A DNA stretch of 64,000 nt, taken from Dicyema japonicum. Taxonomy: Eukaryota; Animalia; Dicyemida. Positions 38,020 to 50,726 of this stretch are shown here, piece after piece. Within the stretch, counting starts at the first letter, position 1. Each line of letters starts with the position of its first letter. The notes beneath the pieces are model-generated. The model did not search any database. It was not told the origin of the DNA and saw only the letters and a program-made list of their open reading frames with translations. The position numbers were made by a program, and so were the translations under genes. The DNA lies in assembly GCA_011109175.1 (NCBI GenBank), contig RDEW01000045.1, positions 45,067 through 109,066 of the forward strand. Direction: 5' to 3'.

Positions 38020-39620
38020 GTAATAAATTGTATCATGTGGAATCGTGCCGGTTATTATTTTGTTTTTATAAAGCACTTAGTCGGTGTAGGAGTGAATCTT
38101 ATGAGGCAAGAATGTATGTTGGTGTAGGAGACAACTCTCATCACAGTTTTGTGGCATGTCGTTTATGTGGAGATAGAAGAGTTGGAGTGACAGTGGGGAA
38201 CCTTGATGGACTCTAGTTGGAAGGTAGAGAGGTCTTGATTTGAAGTGTTTGTAGAGTACATGTGCTCGTCTTCTATTTATGAAGTTTTCAAGCCAAAACA
38301 TCAAGTTTGGATGGGTGGATGTTCGTTTCAAATATCTTCTTTGCAAAAAGTTCCTATAGACTGAGTCAAATACTTTTGTGATCTCAACGGATATAAGTAC
38401 TGTTTTTTATGAAGTTTGGGAGTAAAATGCTTCCGTAATGACTTTTCTTAAAGTTTTAAGGTGTGTTGTGGTCGAATATTGATGAGCGCAAGTGCACTGT
38501 CAATTTTAGCAATTTCCTTGTTTATGAGGGTTAATTTAGAAAGGGTATAATGTCCAAGGTGATTAGAATGTCGTCCAAGATTGACAGGAATAGATAAAAT
38601 TGTCATTGAATAGTTCTGTACCAATAATTTGGTATGAGCGAAGGATATTTTCCCATATTACACTACGATCAGTAGGTCAAAGAGAAAGAAATAAATGTTC
38701 TCAACTACTCAATTGATCCCAGACCGACAAAGGAGATGACGAGTCAGACGGGATGAGAATCCTGTACTGCTCTTCCCATCGGACATTGTATTTGCTCAAA
38801 CTTGTTACATGTTTTGTAGATATTTCGATATTATATGAAACAGGAGAGTTTCAATGACGAGGAGCGTGGAATCTGCATTGCCCACAAAGGACTTGCATAC
38901 GTCATCGTAGGTCAAATAAATTGTTTATAAACTGTAGAAAGGCTCCTAGTTTTGCTTTAAGGGTTTTTGATAGCAGTTTTAAAATTCTCATTTTTTTTCA
39001 TAGCAAAAGTTACTTTGTTCTATCATGTCGAATAAAAGAGTCCCTTATCAAAGGTGACCCCAGAATCCTCGGTGTTTTGTTAATGAATAGCCTCATTTTT
39101 ATAAGGATTTTTTGGTTCGATATAGAGCTAGCTGTCTATTTGTACCTAGTTATCAGCATGACAGATGACTTTGTTAATTATGTGTCGCGCCTCCTTCGAG
39201 AGCCATAGTTCCAGCTTGTCAAGTATTTTGGGCATCTGTGTCGCTGATTCGTAGCTTCTGTCCTGAGGCAAGAATTATATCGTTGTCGTAGGATATAATT
39301 TTTTGAAGCTAAAATGATACATCGGAGTAAAAAGTAATTCTCATTACAGTCTTGTGGCATGTCGTTTATGTAGAAGTTTAAGAGTTTCGAGATCTTGATT
39401 TGAAGTGTTTTAGAGTACATTTGCTTGTTTTCCATTTAGGAAGTTCCAAGCCAAAACTTCAAGTTCGCGTTTCAAATATCTTCTTTGTAGGGAGTTCATG
39501 CGGACTGAGTCCAATACTTTCGTGATGTCCACGATATGAGTACTATCCTAGGTACTACTGTTTTTTTATCGGTTAAATTCTTCTGCAATGAATTTTGTCA
39601 AAGTTTTGAAATGTGTCGTG
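38020..39620 (-). mobile_element. Two adjacent family A jockey-like LINE fragments
   Basis: RVHQGSPLSLQLFYLHINDMP (38077-38346). A second copy has its 3' UTR at about 38660-38760 and YINDMPQ at 39350. Confidence 0.88.
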
Positions 39621-39659
39621 ATCCGTTCTTCTTTGCTCTGGGAATTTTGAATTAACTTC

Positions 39660-39790
39660 CAACAACTCACCTGAATCAGCCTCGGAAAAGCCTAAAGAAT
39701 GAATACGAATATCTCGATGGACAGTTCATTTTTGAACCAGTCGCCGTCGAAACATCAAGACTCATAAGAAGCAGATCACTGACACAGTTG
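39660..39790 (+). mobile_element. CRE-like RLE fragment
   Basis: YEYLDGQFIFEPVAVETS. Confidence 0.65.
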
Positions 39791-39899
39791 AACCATTTTT
39801 TTAATAATCCAAATCACCAACAGTTAATTAAAAAAATTAATCAATTACGTGATTCCGACAACTCTGAAGAACCTCCTCAACTTTTCCCGATGTTGGAGT

Positions 39900-41280
39900 T
39901 TTGATCGAGTACAGCTACGGATTGGGTGGGGGCAGTGTTTCCCATATATTCCTCCGGCGTGATGTATTTTCTATTTTTGCTTTTAGGAGGTGGAATGGTC
40001 TTTTGGTGTAGGCACTTCAGTTTTCGAAGGCTACGAAACCCTTTCCATTTTCGCGGATAAGATGGTCGAGAGTGGAGGTGATAATTCTTCCAGTTTTGCC
40101 AAGTTTGTTATTGACGTAGCCGCCTGGCGTAGACAGACTTCGATGTTCAGACAGTTTGTACATGAGAGGTTTATTCCCCATGAAGCCCAGGCATAGGTCG
40201 GCTCAAAAAATTGTTTGTATAAGGATCCAAGGGGTAGAAAAGGATTCTTTATTAGACCTCAAATATCAATTTGATCAGTCCAATTTTCCACTGGAAGGTC
40301 CCAATGGTCTTTTCAATATGGGGGAAACACATATGGGTATCGAATTGATACCAAAATCTTTGGATTCTTTGTGAAAAGGATCTGTTTCGAGTATTTAACA
40401 AAGTAAGCAGAGTGGACGATGACTTCTCAGAGGAACGTCCAGAAGATTGTGTTTTAGCCAGTTTTGCATTTTTTCAAGGAGTTCTTGGGTTTTCTTTGTT
40501 GTACGTATCACATTTGATCGCTTGCACCAATGAGCAGATCGTCTGCATTTGCAAAGACAATTGTATATTTGGCTTCCAGATTAGGCAAGTCGGACAGGAA
40601 CAGGTTGAAAAGGCTCGGGAACTCCATGTGGTAAAAGTCTTGAGACCAAACTGGATCCATTCATACAGACCCGTCCTCTTCTTCCGCTGAGAAAGTTGGA
40701 AAGCCACAGTTTATGTTGGAATAGAGTGGTAAACCAAATATTTTTTGGGTAAGGATCTTTCTGGAGACTGAGTTGAATGCTTTCTGAAGGTCGAGAGCGC
40801 ACATGACTGATTTGAAGTGTGGTTTAGTGTCAGATCTTTCAATGATGAACTGGTTATGAGGTAAGGTGTGTCGAATTCGAGTGGTTGCTCCTGAAACCAT
40901 GTTTTAGGTGAGTAAGAGCAGGAGTGATCAAACTTAGAATGAGCTCTTCAAAGACCTTCGAGGTCGAGCATAGTCGGAAGATGGGTTTATAGGAGAAGGA
41001 TGCGTTTCTTCGGTCTGCCCGGCTTGAGAATCGGGCGCATATGGGAATGTTTCCAGATATTTGGTATTTGATTTTGGTCAACGGAATAGTTAAAAATGTT
41101 CGTGATCGCTTCGATTCTGATGGGACCCAGGAGTTTTAACATGATTGCTGGAATCCGGTCCGGTCCACAGAATAGGGATGGTTTTGTATTGGAAATCTCC
41201 GTCGCAACTTAGAGAAAGAGCTGGCTCATGAAGGCATTTCCTTAAAGATCGTCTGGGGAAATGCATTCTCAATTATGAGA
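39900..41280 (-). mobile_element. Jockey-like LINE RT region
   Basis: YKPIFRLCSTSKVFEELIL, KHGFRSNHS, ALDLQKAFNSV, WLSNFLSGRRG, GVP. Confidence 0.88.
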
Positions 41281-41773
41281 GCAGCTACTGAAAGGAACTT
41301 CTAGTTGTTGTTAATATTTTTTAAATAAAACATTTTATCGTCAATTCTCTAAAACAATCGCGGGGTTCAGAGAAAATGAGACGGAAAATTTATGTAATTT
41401 TCAACAGTAAAGTTCTAAAAATTCTCAACGGGAAAGAAGTTAACAGACAAATTAAGCATATAAAGTTCCCATAGTCAAGAAATGAATCCTTTCAGAACCA
41501 AAGGTAAGAGGAAACAACAAGAACCCTCTAATGAGTGAAGTGGAGATAAACAAATGATCTTTTTTGGTTCCACCAATCTTCACTTAAAGAAACGCTATTA
41601 TAACAAGGTTAGAAAAAAACAAAGCTAAGGAAGAGAACCTTTGATACACTCAATCAGATTTCTACTGCTAACTTATCTCCCTGTGTTCCTGAGGACAATA
41701 AAATAAGAGCATTTTTGCAAACAAATCAAACAAAAACGAGGACATTTCAAAATTTTAAACAAAAATCAGAGAA

Positions 41774-42413
41774 TTAGTTACCAGGAGGTTCAGGCTTCTT
41801 CTTTCTACGTTTGAAAGAAAAGTCCCGACGAAGTGCCTTATAGGCATCAAACTTGCTCTCTGCCTCAGTAATGTCACGTGGGGCCTCACAAGCACTCTGT
41901 TTAATGGGGATAATGTCCTTGGGTACATTCGTGTTGATCTTCCCTTGGGCGTGAAGCTAGACAAGTCAGCCACACAAATACAGCTTTTATGTTGACATTC
42001 TTGGCCTTGTTGCTAACTACCACCATGGACAAGTACTCCTTCAACCGATTCACATTGGCTGTGAGACCCTCCACGGATTTATTCCTCCGTCGGTAATCAA
42101 CGGCGATCCCGATTGTGGGAGCGTAGTATTTGTGGATGCCAACAGCCTGCGGTGATCAGAAAATCAAGTACCCTGAGCTCCTGAAGGCTAAATCCTCGGC
42201 CTTTTCTGACACGGAAGTTGTACCTCCTTGTGGGACAACGTACCACCGGATGGAGAGAGGCAGTCGGCTGCAGAGGATTCTTCGATTTCTTCTCGGCCCT
42301 AAGACGCCTTCTTCGAATCTTCTTCATTGGTTGATCAAAGCATGTCTTTATTCTCCTGGTCCAGTGCTTACGCCTATGATCATTTGGTAAAGGTTGGTTC
42401 CAGCAAAAGGCAT
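41774..42413 (-). CDS. RPL13: 60S ribosomal protein eL13
   Basis: [15 protein letters not shown]...[28 protein letters not shown]|AVGI...[29 protein letters not shown]. Two 25-nt introns; stop TAA at 41776-41774. Confidence 0.95.
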
Positions 42414-42839
42414 TCTCTAATTCTGCTTTTAAATTAAATCACTCAACAAGAATAGACTATAAACGTGATTATTTAAATTTAATATTTTTTAACAATTATT
42501 ATTTAATGTAAATATTACTTAATAATTTTAAAACTTTTCGCATTAAAATGATCAGGGATTTGTGTATTGGATTTTGTGACCAACTAACCATTAGGCTTGA
42601 TTACTGATACCTCACATCCCAGGATATTACGTTATGTTCTACCTCATCAATGGGACTATCGACTGGTATGGTTCCTCAAGAGACCACAACCATATTATTC
42701 TACGGTTCAAAGGTCAGACTTGTCCGTCTTTACAAAACGGTGCAATTTAAAAATTTTGCTAAGGCAAACTAGGCAAGCTTAACTAAGTAGACTAAGTATG
42801 TGAATTCTCACTTTGTCTTATTTAGATAATATCGTCATT

Positions 42840-43330
42840 TTTTATTGAAAAGTCTCTCTCCATGTGACCGCGGGTAGTCAACGAATATTTTGTTGCCCTT
42901 CGCTGAATAAACTGTATGTGTCATCTTTAAAATCTACCTTCACTTTGTTCACGTCGGATCGTTGCTACAAGGATGTTCCCGAGGTCCAGCTGAGATATGT
43001 GTTTATAGCCTTTTCAAATAACTCTAAAAACTTTGGAGTGACTTATGAAAGTTGATGACCTTCACAAGGTATTTCGACAAATACTAACAAAAGGACTCCA
43101 GAAGTGGAATGTCTTCAAGGAAATTGTTGCAGAGCCCGCACCCAGTAGAAGGTTGCATATGTAAGCTATAGACAAACCATTATGCCTTCTATAGTATATG
43201 TCTGTGCTTCATGGAGGAATGCACTCTCTTTCGTCGTTGGACAAAATCAGCTCCTTACACGTTTACTGAGTCAAACAGAACTACGTTCGTAACTCCCTGT
43301 CGGAGTCGTTAATACAAAAGAATGGCCGCG
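42840..43330 (+). mobile_element. Jockey-like LINE fragment
   Basis: Degenerate KNFGVTY and TKGLQK motifs matching 10250-10380. Confidence 0.6.
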
Positions 43331-43639
43331 GATAGCTCTCGTTCTGCCGAGAATAAGGAAATCCACTATGTTCATCATTATTACGTTCTGAAAATAAACG
43401 GTTCTTCTTCAGACATCGATCCACTATCGACTACTTACCTGGGCTTACGTAGAAATTATTGTTTGATCGTTCCACCTTACTGAAGGAATTCCTACAACTG
43501 GAAGGAGTGAATGTTTCTTTCCTTTACGCTAGTTCTGGATGGACTTGTGTGGTCTGTTTATGTGACCGTGGAAACTGGATATTAATTTTACAAATGTTGT
43601 AACACAGGAAATAAGATTTTTATAAAAATTTAAAAAATT

Positions 43640-43960
43640 TAACTTTATGGTTATGATTATGTAAAAAATACTAAAAAAGTAATAGTTGTGTGGTCATTTG
43701 GTCAGTGTTTTCAATTGGTTGCGCAGTCAATTGGTCTATACATTGGCTTTTTTCCTTGTGTAGATAAGAGATTAAGTGTATAGTCACGGTGGAAAGTGAA
43801 GCTAGGCAGTTTTCTTAAGTTTCCGATGTGTTATAATAGTGGTAATCTACCGTGTGGGAGTTGCCTATTGGTTGTGTAGTCAAAAATAACCTGTGGTCTG
43901 TTAACATGATAATTAATATTCACAGTAAAACAGCATATGCTTCCAGTTGATGTTTGCAGC
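43640..43960 (-). mobile_element. Penelope-like element relic (RT to GIY-YIG linker)
   Basis: About 140 bp (43725-43870) repeated at 45395-45530. Translation resembles the PLE linker RLPY..ISE.L...K+K...VY.I.C. Confidence 0.5.
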
Positions 43961-44139
43961 CACTTTATTTTCACTTCGAGTCTGAAAATTATAGTTTTAG
44001 TTAATAGTTTTTTATTTTACTTTCGTCAATTTATATAAATATGCCTCACTAATAATTAGTAATATTATCTTTGCACGTGGGCACTATACGTGAACTCACA
44101 ATATATTCTAGATGTTTTCAATTCTTAGTTAAAATCTAA

Positions 44140-44280
44140 ACTTCTTAGTCCCGGTTCGAATCCCTCTGCTGTCCATTCGGCTGAAGGTTACACGCATCCA
44201 CGATGCTTTGGGGTTGACGAGTGATGCCGTCAACCGTGTCTAATCACTGCGAAACTGAATTTTCTTCAGGACTCGCACAC
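44140..44280 (+). mobile_element. Diverged partial S1 SINE
   Basis: GGTTCGAATCC B box followed by TGAAGGTTACACGCATCCACGATGC...GTTGACGAGTGATGCCGT...CACTGCGAAACTG, matching the S1 body. Confidence 0.7.
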
Positions 44281-44499
44281 TAAAAAAAGAAGAGAATGAG
44301 ATGTCAAGAACATTTTCAATCTCATGGATATTGATCTCCACAAAAACTTGGAAAATGTTATTCTCGAACAGATTAACCCTTCTCTCCAAGTTGTATCCTT
44401 CCAACGTCGGCTTGAGAATCGTCTCTGCACAACAACTAACAAAATTCATCAGAGTGCTTACAGTGCAAACCTCGCCATCTAAAGTCCCTTGTGTGCTCT

Positions 44500-44860
44500 A
44501 TTGACATACAGAAGACTTCTTACTCTGACCGAAGAAAATTATTTACAAGGAAGATCTCTTAGACATCCCACTCATTTGTTCGACGTCTTCCTTAATGATA
44601 TGCCTACACATGCCACTCTTCCTTAATGATATGCCTACACATGCCAGCGATGATACACCTGTTCTCCCATATACTTACGGCGTAGTCATCACAGAAAGAG
44701 ACCAATGTGATCACATTGAAACTGACTATTTACAAGATTTATTGACCAACTGAGAAGTTGGCTTATGAGGATCCTAGATCCGCAAATACCACGAACGTAC
44801 AGGAAGTGCATCGGATCTCGGGACGAAAACCTGGAATAGTTAGATGGTTCCTTAACGATA
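44500..44860 (+). mobile_element. LINE RT fragment containing a perfect 30-nt tandem duplication
   Basis: LFDVFLNDMP motif; 44586-44615 is identical to 44617-44646. Confidence 0.65.
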
Positions 44861-45002
44861 TAGGATCACCTAACGGCCATGTTTCCCTCCAAATTTGTCA
44901 GTGAGTCTTAGTTTTAATAAATAAATAATTAATATATTTTAATTAAAATATATTATTTTTAAAGTAATAAATAATTATTCAGCACGTGCTTTTCTGGTTA
45001 CC

Positions 45003-45345
45003 ATGTCTCGAAAAAGTATATATTTTGATTCTATTAGTAGAAAGCAAATGTACCTCATTTAAAGTATCAAAAATGATTAAGAAACGAGTATTTTGTGTTA
45101 TAATTATACCTAGGCTCGTCAGCATAGAAAAAAGTTGAAAAGGGATAGCAATAAACATCAAAAAGGTAAAGTCACAGCTAATAGTCCTCAGTCCGTCATA
45201 TTAAGGACCCCGGAGTTCCAGCACGTTTCCCAGCGAAAATGAAGGTCCTAGAAGAAGCCATGGCTGAAAAACGCCGAGTTGAGGCTCAAAAGATAGAAAA
45301 GAGAGAATTGAAAAAGAAAGGGACTATTCCCCCCATCCCTTATTC
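45003..45345 (+). pseudogene. GNL3L: GNL3/GNL3L (nucleostemin, Grn1/Nug1) 5' fragment, truncated
   Basis: Splicing introns of 22, 26 and 26 nt (first 45016-45037) gives MSRKIESKCTSFKVSKMIKKRARQHRKKLKRDSNKHQKVRHIKDPGVPARFPAKMKVLEEAMAEKRRVEAQK, which fits the GN3L_Grn1 domain. No GTPase exons seen downstream. Confidence 0.72.
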
Positions 45346-45600
45346 CGCTGATACCTCTCTGCAGTCTAATTGAACAATTTTTATTGTATTTACTATACAT
45401 TGACTTTTTTCCTTGTGTAGATGGGAGATTAAGTGCATAGTCACGGTAGAAAGTGAAGCTAGCGAGTTTCTTAAGTCTCCGATGTGTTTTAATAGTGGTA
45501 ATCTAACGTGTGGGAGTTGCCTAATAACTAGAAAAACGGGGGTACATGAGTCTCCATTTTGAGTCTTGGCTATTAAATGAGGTGAATTATCTGTCATGAG
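45345..45600 (-). mobile_element. Penelope-like element relic
   Basis: ORF 45340-45597: VRLPLLKHIGDLRNSL...HKEKSQ...IVQLDC. Confidence 0.5.
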
Positions 45601-45777
45601 ACCTCGCGTGGATGATTGTTAGTAGTAATTTTTGAAGGTATACCTAATACAGTCAGATCTCATTTGGGGTGATTTTATCATTTTAATAATAATATTAATT
45701 TTCTTAAAATTTAATTCAAATTAAATCAGAAAAAATTAAATTATTCCACAGACCAATGGTAAAAATAGTCAAATTTT

Positions 45778-46072
45778 GTCGCCACGTGCTGCTCCTTGGC
45801 TAATCGGTTGAAGTTTTCTGTTTGTTTTGTCTGTTCCTCCTCTTTATCTTTATATTAGAGTGGCGTCATGTGATCCATCTGTCACTAGAAAGGATCATTT
45901 GCTCTCCCCCACTCTACTGGAGGGGTTTCCACAACTGCAAGTAATGGACGTCTTTTACTTTTTATGCTATTCCGGATGGACTCTGTTTCTGTGGAAGTGA
46001 AAGCTGGATTCACTTAACTAGTTATTTACTATAGCTTCTTTCTCGGTGTATCCGGGGTTAATAAATAAAAAA
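45778..46072 (+). mobile_element. SINE-like family S2, copy 2
   Basis: Homologous to 22350-22672; ends CCGGGGTTAATAAATAAAAAA. Confidence 0.75.
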
Positions 46073-46129
46073 TTAATTAAAACCAAAGTAACTAATTCCG
46101 CGTTTTAGCGGAAGCTTAAAAATCCAGAG

Positions 46130-46645
46130 GAGCATCTATTGTACAATATATTATAGAGGCCACACTACCGGTAAGACTTGGAGGGCTTGGAATTCGCAAC
46201 ATTTCTCTCCCTGCATATCTCTCGTCGCTAATGGCTTCTAACACCCTTGTCAAGAGGATTATACACTCCCTCCCTGAATTCTTTACTGACCAGGACGCCG
46301 GTCAGCCGTACCTATCAGTTTTCACTACTTTCTATGTTTTCTCAGTGGGGTCTGGACGATGCTGCATGTCGGAATTCTTTTGAAGATCTTCTAGTGTCAT
46401 CTAATGAAGTTTTGGGTACCTTTCTGGATGATCCGTATTGGAATCTCACTAAGACTGGGATTTAAAGTTTGCGCTAGCATCCATGCCGATGCGGAGATCA
46501 GATCGACTGTTTTTGTCTGCACTCTCTCTTGCAAAAAGAATGTAGGCAGATCTCCCTGACACATGGCCATTAACAAAGTCGTTAAGCGAGCTTTGGATGC
46601 AGCCGGACACCCCTCCATACTCGAACCAGTCGGTTAGAGAATCGG
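46130..46645 (+). mobile_element. CRE-like retrotransposon, post-RT region
   Basis: LPVRLGGLGIRN...LPAYLSSL; DAAGHPSILEPVG. Confidence 0.75.
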
Positions 46646-47109
46646 ATTTCTAAACGATCAGAAGATCCCGTGAGGGCTGCTGGTTATTTGAGCGAATATC
46701 GCTCGCTAACCTAGCAACGCAGTCAGGGCGGAAATTTTCTCATTTTTTGTAATAATTTATTACTAATAAATTTTAATTCTATATTAAAGAGAATTTTTAA
46801 TAAACGTGGCGCCAACGTTAATGTAGCTATGTGGCTACTTGAATTGAAGATTTGTTGTTTGTTCTTTCTGTTCCTCATCTCCCTTTTTGAATTATTAGCG
46901 TGCTTCATTTGGCTTACGATCTCTGGTTGCTCCAGATATAATCCTAAATTATATCCAAAATGAACCATTAGTCAACAACCATCCAGAGGATTTCCACTGG
47001 ACTGCACTCCCTTCAAATCCAAGCATGCGAAGACCTCTAAGGGAAACGGGAATCACCTGGCTTTTTACATTCTTGCTATGACGGTGTTTTCTGGTTCATC
47101 AATTTAATT

Positions 47110-47760
47110 TAACTAAGAGGCCAGGATTGCGTGAGCGTTCCCTCCGATCACTGCCATTTCGAGCCTCTGTCTCGACCAAAGTCCTTAGCGGGGTTGGATT
47201 TTCTTTGAAGCAATCCTTCGTCCGATATTGGAGAGAAAGATCTCTCCCATGATCCCGGAAGTCTCCATCATAATAGGAATGAAATGGTAGTTTTCCCGGA
47301 GTGATTCGTACTTCTGGATTTTCATGTACTACGCCTTGTCTGTCACATCATCAGGTGATTGTATCGCCGTCAGCGATAGAAAAGGTGTCCACTCATGTGG
47401 CTTCCCAAACGAGTGATTTACCGTGGGAGTATGGAAATAATGACATCCCATCTGACCTCTTTCCATCGCATCTGTCCAACCCTAAAAGTTCGAGTTGAGC
47501 CGGAAACCCCATGGCTTTGAAGGCCCATGAACAAAGTCATTGAGACCTGCCGTCAGCAAGACAGGAGATGTAGGCCTTTGGTGTCGACTTTCCCTCCACA
47601 ACGGCACCTGTGTCGCTGGCATGCAATCCGAGGCACATTGCCACTCCGATCTTCAGGCAATTTTCGTCAAGAGGTGTTCCAAGAAACAAGCATGGTGGGA
47701 CTTCAAGTCAGATCCCATTTTTACTATGCGTGGCCGGGATGAAAAATACTGTTTTTTATT
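47110..47760 (-). mobile_element. CRE-like retrotransposon, zinc knuckle plus RLE
   Basis: HRCRCGGKVDTKGLHLLSC; GKRSDGMSLFPYSHGKSLVWEAT; KYESLRENYHFIPIMMETSG; RQRLEMAVIGGNAHAIL. Confidence 0.85.
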
Positions 47761-48239
47761 TGATTTTTAATTACGTTTAGGCAAGCTTCGTTCTCTAGTT
47801 CCTTTGAAGTAGTCGGTATTTTAGAGTTATATTCAAAAATTATATTTTGACAGATTCTTTTTTAGCACGGCATCATGTGCTTGGGCAACTTTGTATGAAG
47901 GCAGTTAATGGTCCTCGAAAGGAAACCATTCACTTCACTGGGAAACAATCAACCTCCTTGGCAATGCGTTCAATGCTGCTGCAACGTGTCGGGATCGCGT
48001 TTTATCATCGTCCATGGAATTTTTAATTTCATTTCACTTTGCCTAGATTCGGTCGGTGAACGTCTCATTTTGATCTACAGACAATACATCTGTAGATAAG
48101 AGTTCTTTCAAAAGGATTTGGCACCACTCAGAGGGCTTCTAATCCCCTCCCGAAAAGGATCATTAGACCCTTTTTTCCCGGGGTCATTATCGACCCCCGG
48201 CGAAGTGCTTCAAAAAAGTTCAAACATTTCTGGAGAAAA

Positions 48240-50490
48240 CCCTCAGCCAACTGTGGAACAAGGAAGTTTACTGCTCTCCAATTGAACATCAACGGAACTA
48301 AAGGTAAAGTCAGGGAACTCCGTTCAATCCTGGCAAATCAGAAGATTGACGTGGTTATGATTCAAGAAACTAAACTCCGCATGAATGATCCCACTTTTTC
48401 ATTCCCTGGATACGAAGCCATCAGGATGGAACGTAAAAAGAGAAGAGGGGGTGGACTACTTACTCTATTCAAAAAGAACCTGAAATGCAGAGACATTACT
48501 TCGGAAGTAAAAAACTTGTTGGAAATGACGAGGTTACTGAGTCAATTGGAATCTCGCTTGGGACAACAAAATAAGTCTGTGCCTCGTGAATATCTACTTG
48601 CCTCCTCCCGGCTCCTGCCCAAAGGACTATGTTATTCTAAACCTATCAAGATTGGCTATCTACGAAGAGATCATATTTGGAGATTTAAAAGCAAAACACC
48701 TCTCATGGTTGTCAACCCAACAGGCCGACACGAGAGGGAAGCTATTGTTATTGAAAACAGACTCCCTATCGATACTGAATGACCCAGCGAAAAATACAAG
48801 ACCCCACTTAGAGAGACGGATCAGCCTACCTCTCTCGAAGTAGCACTCTGCTCCACATCACTTTCATCGAAAATTACCTGGTCAGTCTTCTACGAAACAA
48901 GAAGCGATCATAACCCGATTGTGATGAAGATCAAGAGAGAAGTCAAATGAGGAGAACACCTACTAGTTATAATTACAAATGTTGCAAAGGGCGAAGAAAC
49001 TTCCCCCGAGGATGACTATACTCAACGAGACGTTAACAATTTGATAAAATTCTACACAAAAATTTCGTACAAAGAACACAGGAAGTCGGAAGTGTTTCTC
49101 TCTTCACGCAGAAAGCTGAAGAAGGATTCTAACCCAGTTTACTTCTTGGATGAATACGTGAAGAATGCGCTGCGTTTTACAAGAACAACGTATTCTGCCG
49201 GTCCCGACAACATTCCAGTAGTGTTATTGAAGAACCTTGGAGATATGGGAGTCGGTTTTCAACCATTCAGTTAATTGTAATGTAATACCGTTGTTATGGA
49301 AGCAAGCCAACATCCGACCTATACTGAAACCTGGAAAACCTAAGGAAGATCCGGCATGATTTAGACCTGTGTCATTGCTATGTTCCGCATCGAAAATCCT
49401 GGAGAGGCTTGTGCTTGAGAGAATCAAGGCTTTTTTACCAGAAAAGGATTGTCAACACGGATTCAAGAGCGACTGTTCTACATCAACGTACCTACAGAAA
49501 TTAACCAACTTCATTAGAGATGGATTCTCAAACAAATCAAGGCATTTGAAAACAGTCTTATGTTCCATTGATATTAACAAAGTTATTTCGAGAATGTTCG
49601 GAGGACTGAAATCAGTCTCGGGGACGTGTATGTTTCGGAGGACTGAAATCAGTCTCGCGTCTTTTCCCAAACGGTGTTCCCCAAGGATCTTTTTTATTTC
49701 CCGCTTTATTCAATTTATACCTGGCCGACCTCCCGACACCGGAATCCAATAACGATGTTCTACTCACATATGCGGACGACATTGTTTTGGCCTCGCGTGA
49801 TCGGGATATCCAAAATGCTACAAAAAGATTACAAATTAACCTGGACCGACTCAACGCCTGGGTAATGAAGAACCGACTCACTGTAAATTCCAGAATGTTG
49901 GTCACGTCTATGTTTACTTTAGACAAAAGGTTGGGGAAGAAACTGTCACCTTAAAATTGGCAACGTTGAAATCCTCTTCAGCAAATGTCAGAAGATCCTG
50001 GGCGTGACACTGGATACGCACTTATGTTTGTCACCACACGTGGCAAACATTGTTCTTAAGTGCAAGAAGAAAATCAATGTAGTGAAATGTTTATCTGGAA
50101 TATGGAAGACAGGTACCCGATCTTGATGAATATCTACAAACAATACATTGAATTATGCTTCTCGTACGCGTGTGCTTCGTGGGGACTTTATTATCATGGA
50201 CGAATACTAGAAAATCGAGGACGTACAAAAGAAGGCTCTCAGAGTCGCGGAGCGGTGAACTTGTGGGAGACACAGAACCGGACCAACTACTCTATAGGCC
50301 CTCATAAAACTAAAATCCAGCATGCGGGAAGGTGGCCCTACAAATACAGTCAGCCGCCCAGTACGAGCTTGTGTGGGCACGAGGGAGGAGCACCGGGAAA
50401 GGATGAGGATTTTGGTGGAACGCATCGGGATCACGTGATAGTTAATTTGGTTTTACCGTGGTCTCGGGTGTTAAATAAATAAAATATAAA
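48240..50490 (+). mobile_element. Jockey-like LINE ORF2 from EN to 3' tail, with internal deletions
   Basis: NINGTKGKVRELR...VMIQETKL...RRGGGLLTL (APE), RSDHNPI, SAGPDNIP, RPVSLLCSASKILERLV, QHGFKSD, YADD (about 49770). Family B 3' end at 50425-50490. Confidence 0.92.
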
Positions 50491-50726
50491 TTATACTAAA
50501 CAGATTAACCAATCTGCCTCAGTGAGCGCTGCTGGCTATTTGAGCGAATCTCACTCGCCAACCTGAGAGGGAAAACTATGCAGTAAGGACGGCTAATGTA
50601 TGACCCTTGTTTGATTTCATCAAAAACTAAAAATTTTCACAATCTAATTAACAAACGTTAGAGTACATAAAGATAGCAATTATGTAAATAAAAGTAATTT
50701 TAAATAAAAAAGTAAATTTGATTGAA

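Noticed and set aside
43380-43430. Hammerhead ribozyme beside the Penelope-like relic (CTGAAGA...GAACGT, minus strand)
   Set aside because: The GAAA core is not intact and there is no convincing stem II.
46803-46820. LTR primer-binding site TGGCGCCAACGT (similar at 3305-3322, minus strand)
   Set aside because: No adjacent LTR ending in CA and no gag/pol nearby.
48150-48170. 18S rRNA 3' end motif AAGGATCATTA (AAGGATCATT also at 22492 and 45890)
   Set aside because: Only 10-11 nt with no flanking rRNA helix; chance or part of a repeat.
48165-48215. piggyBac-like terminus or HDV-like ribozyme (GGGGTC-ATTATC-GACCCC hairpin) before the LINE
   Set aside because: No TTAA, no partner end and no pseudoknot pairing found.
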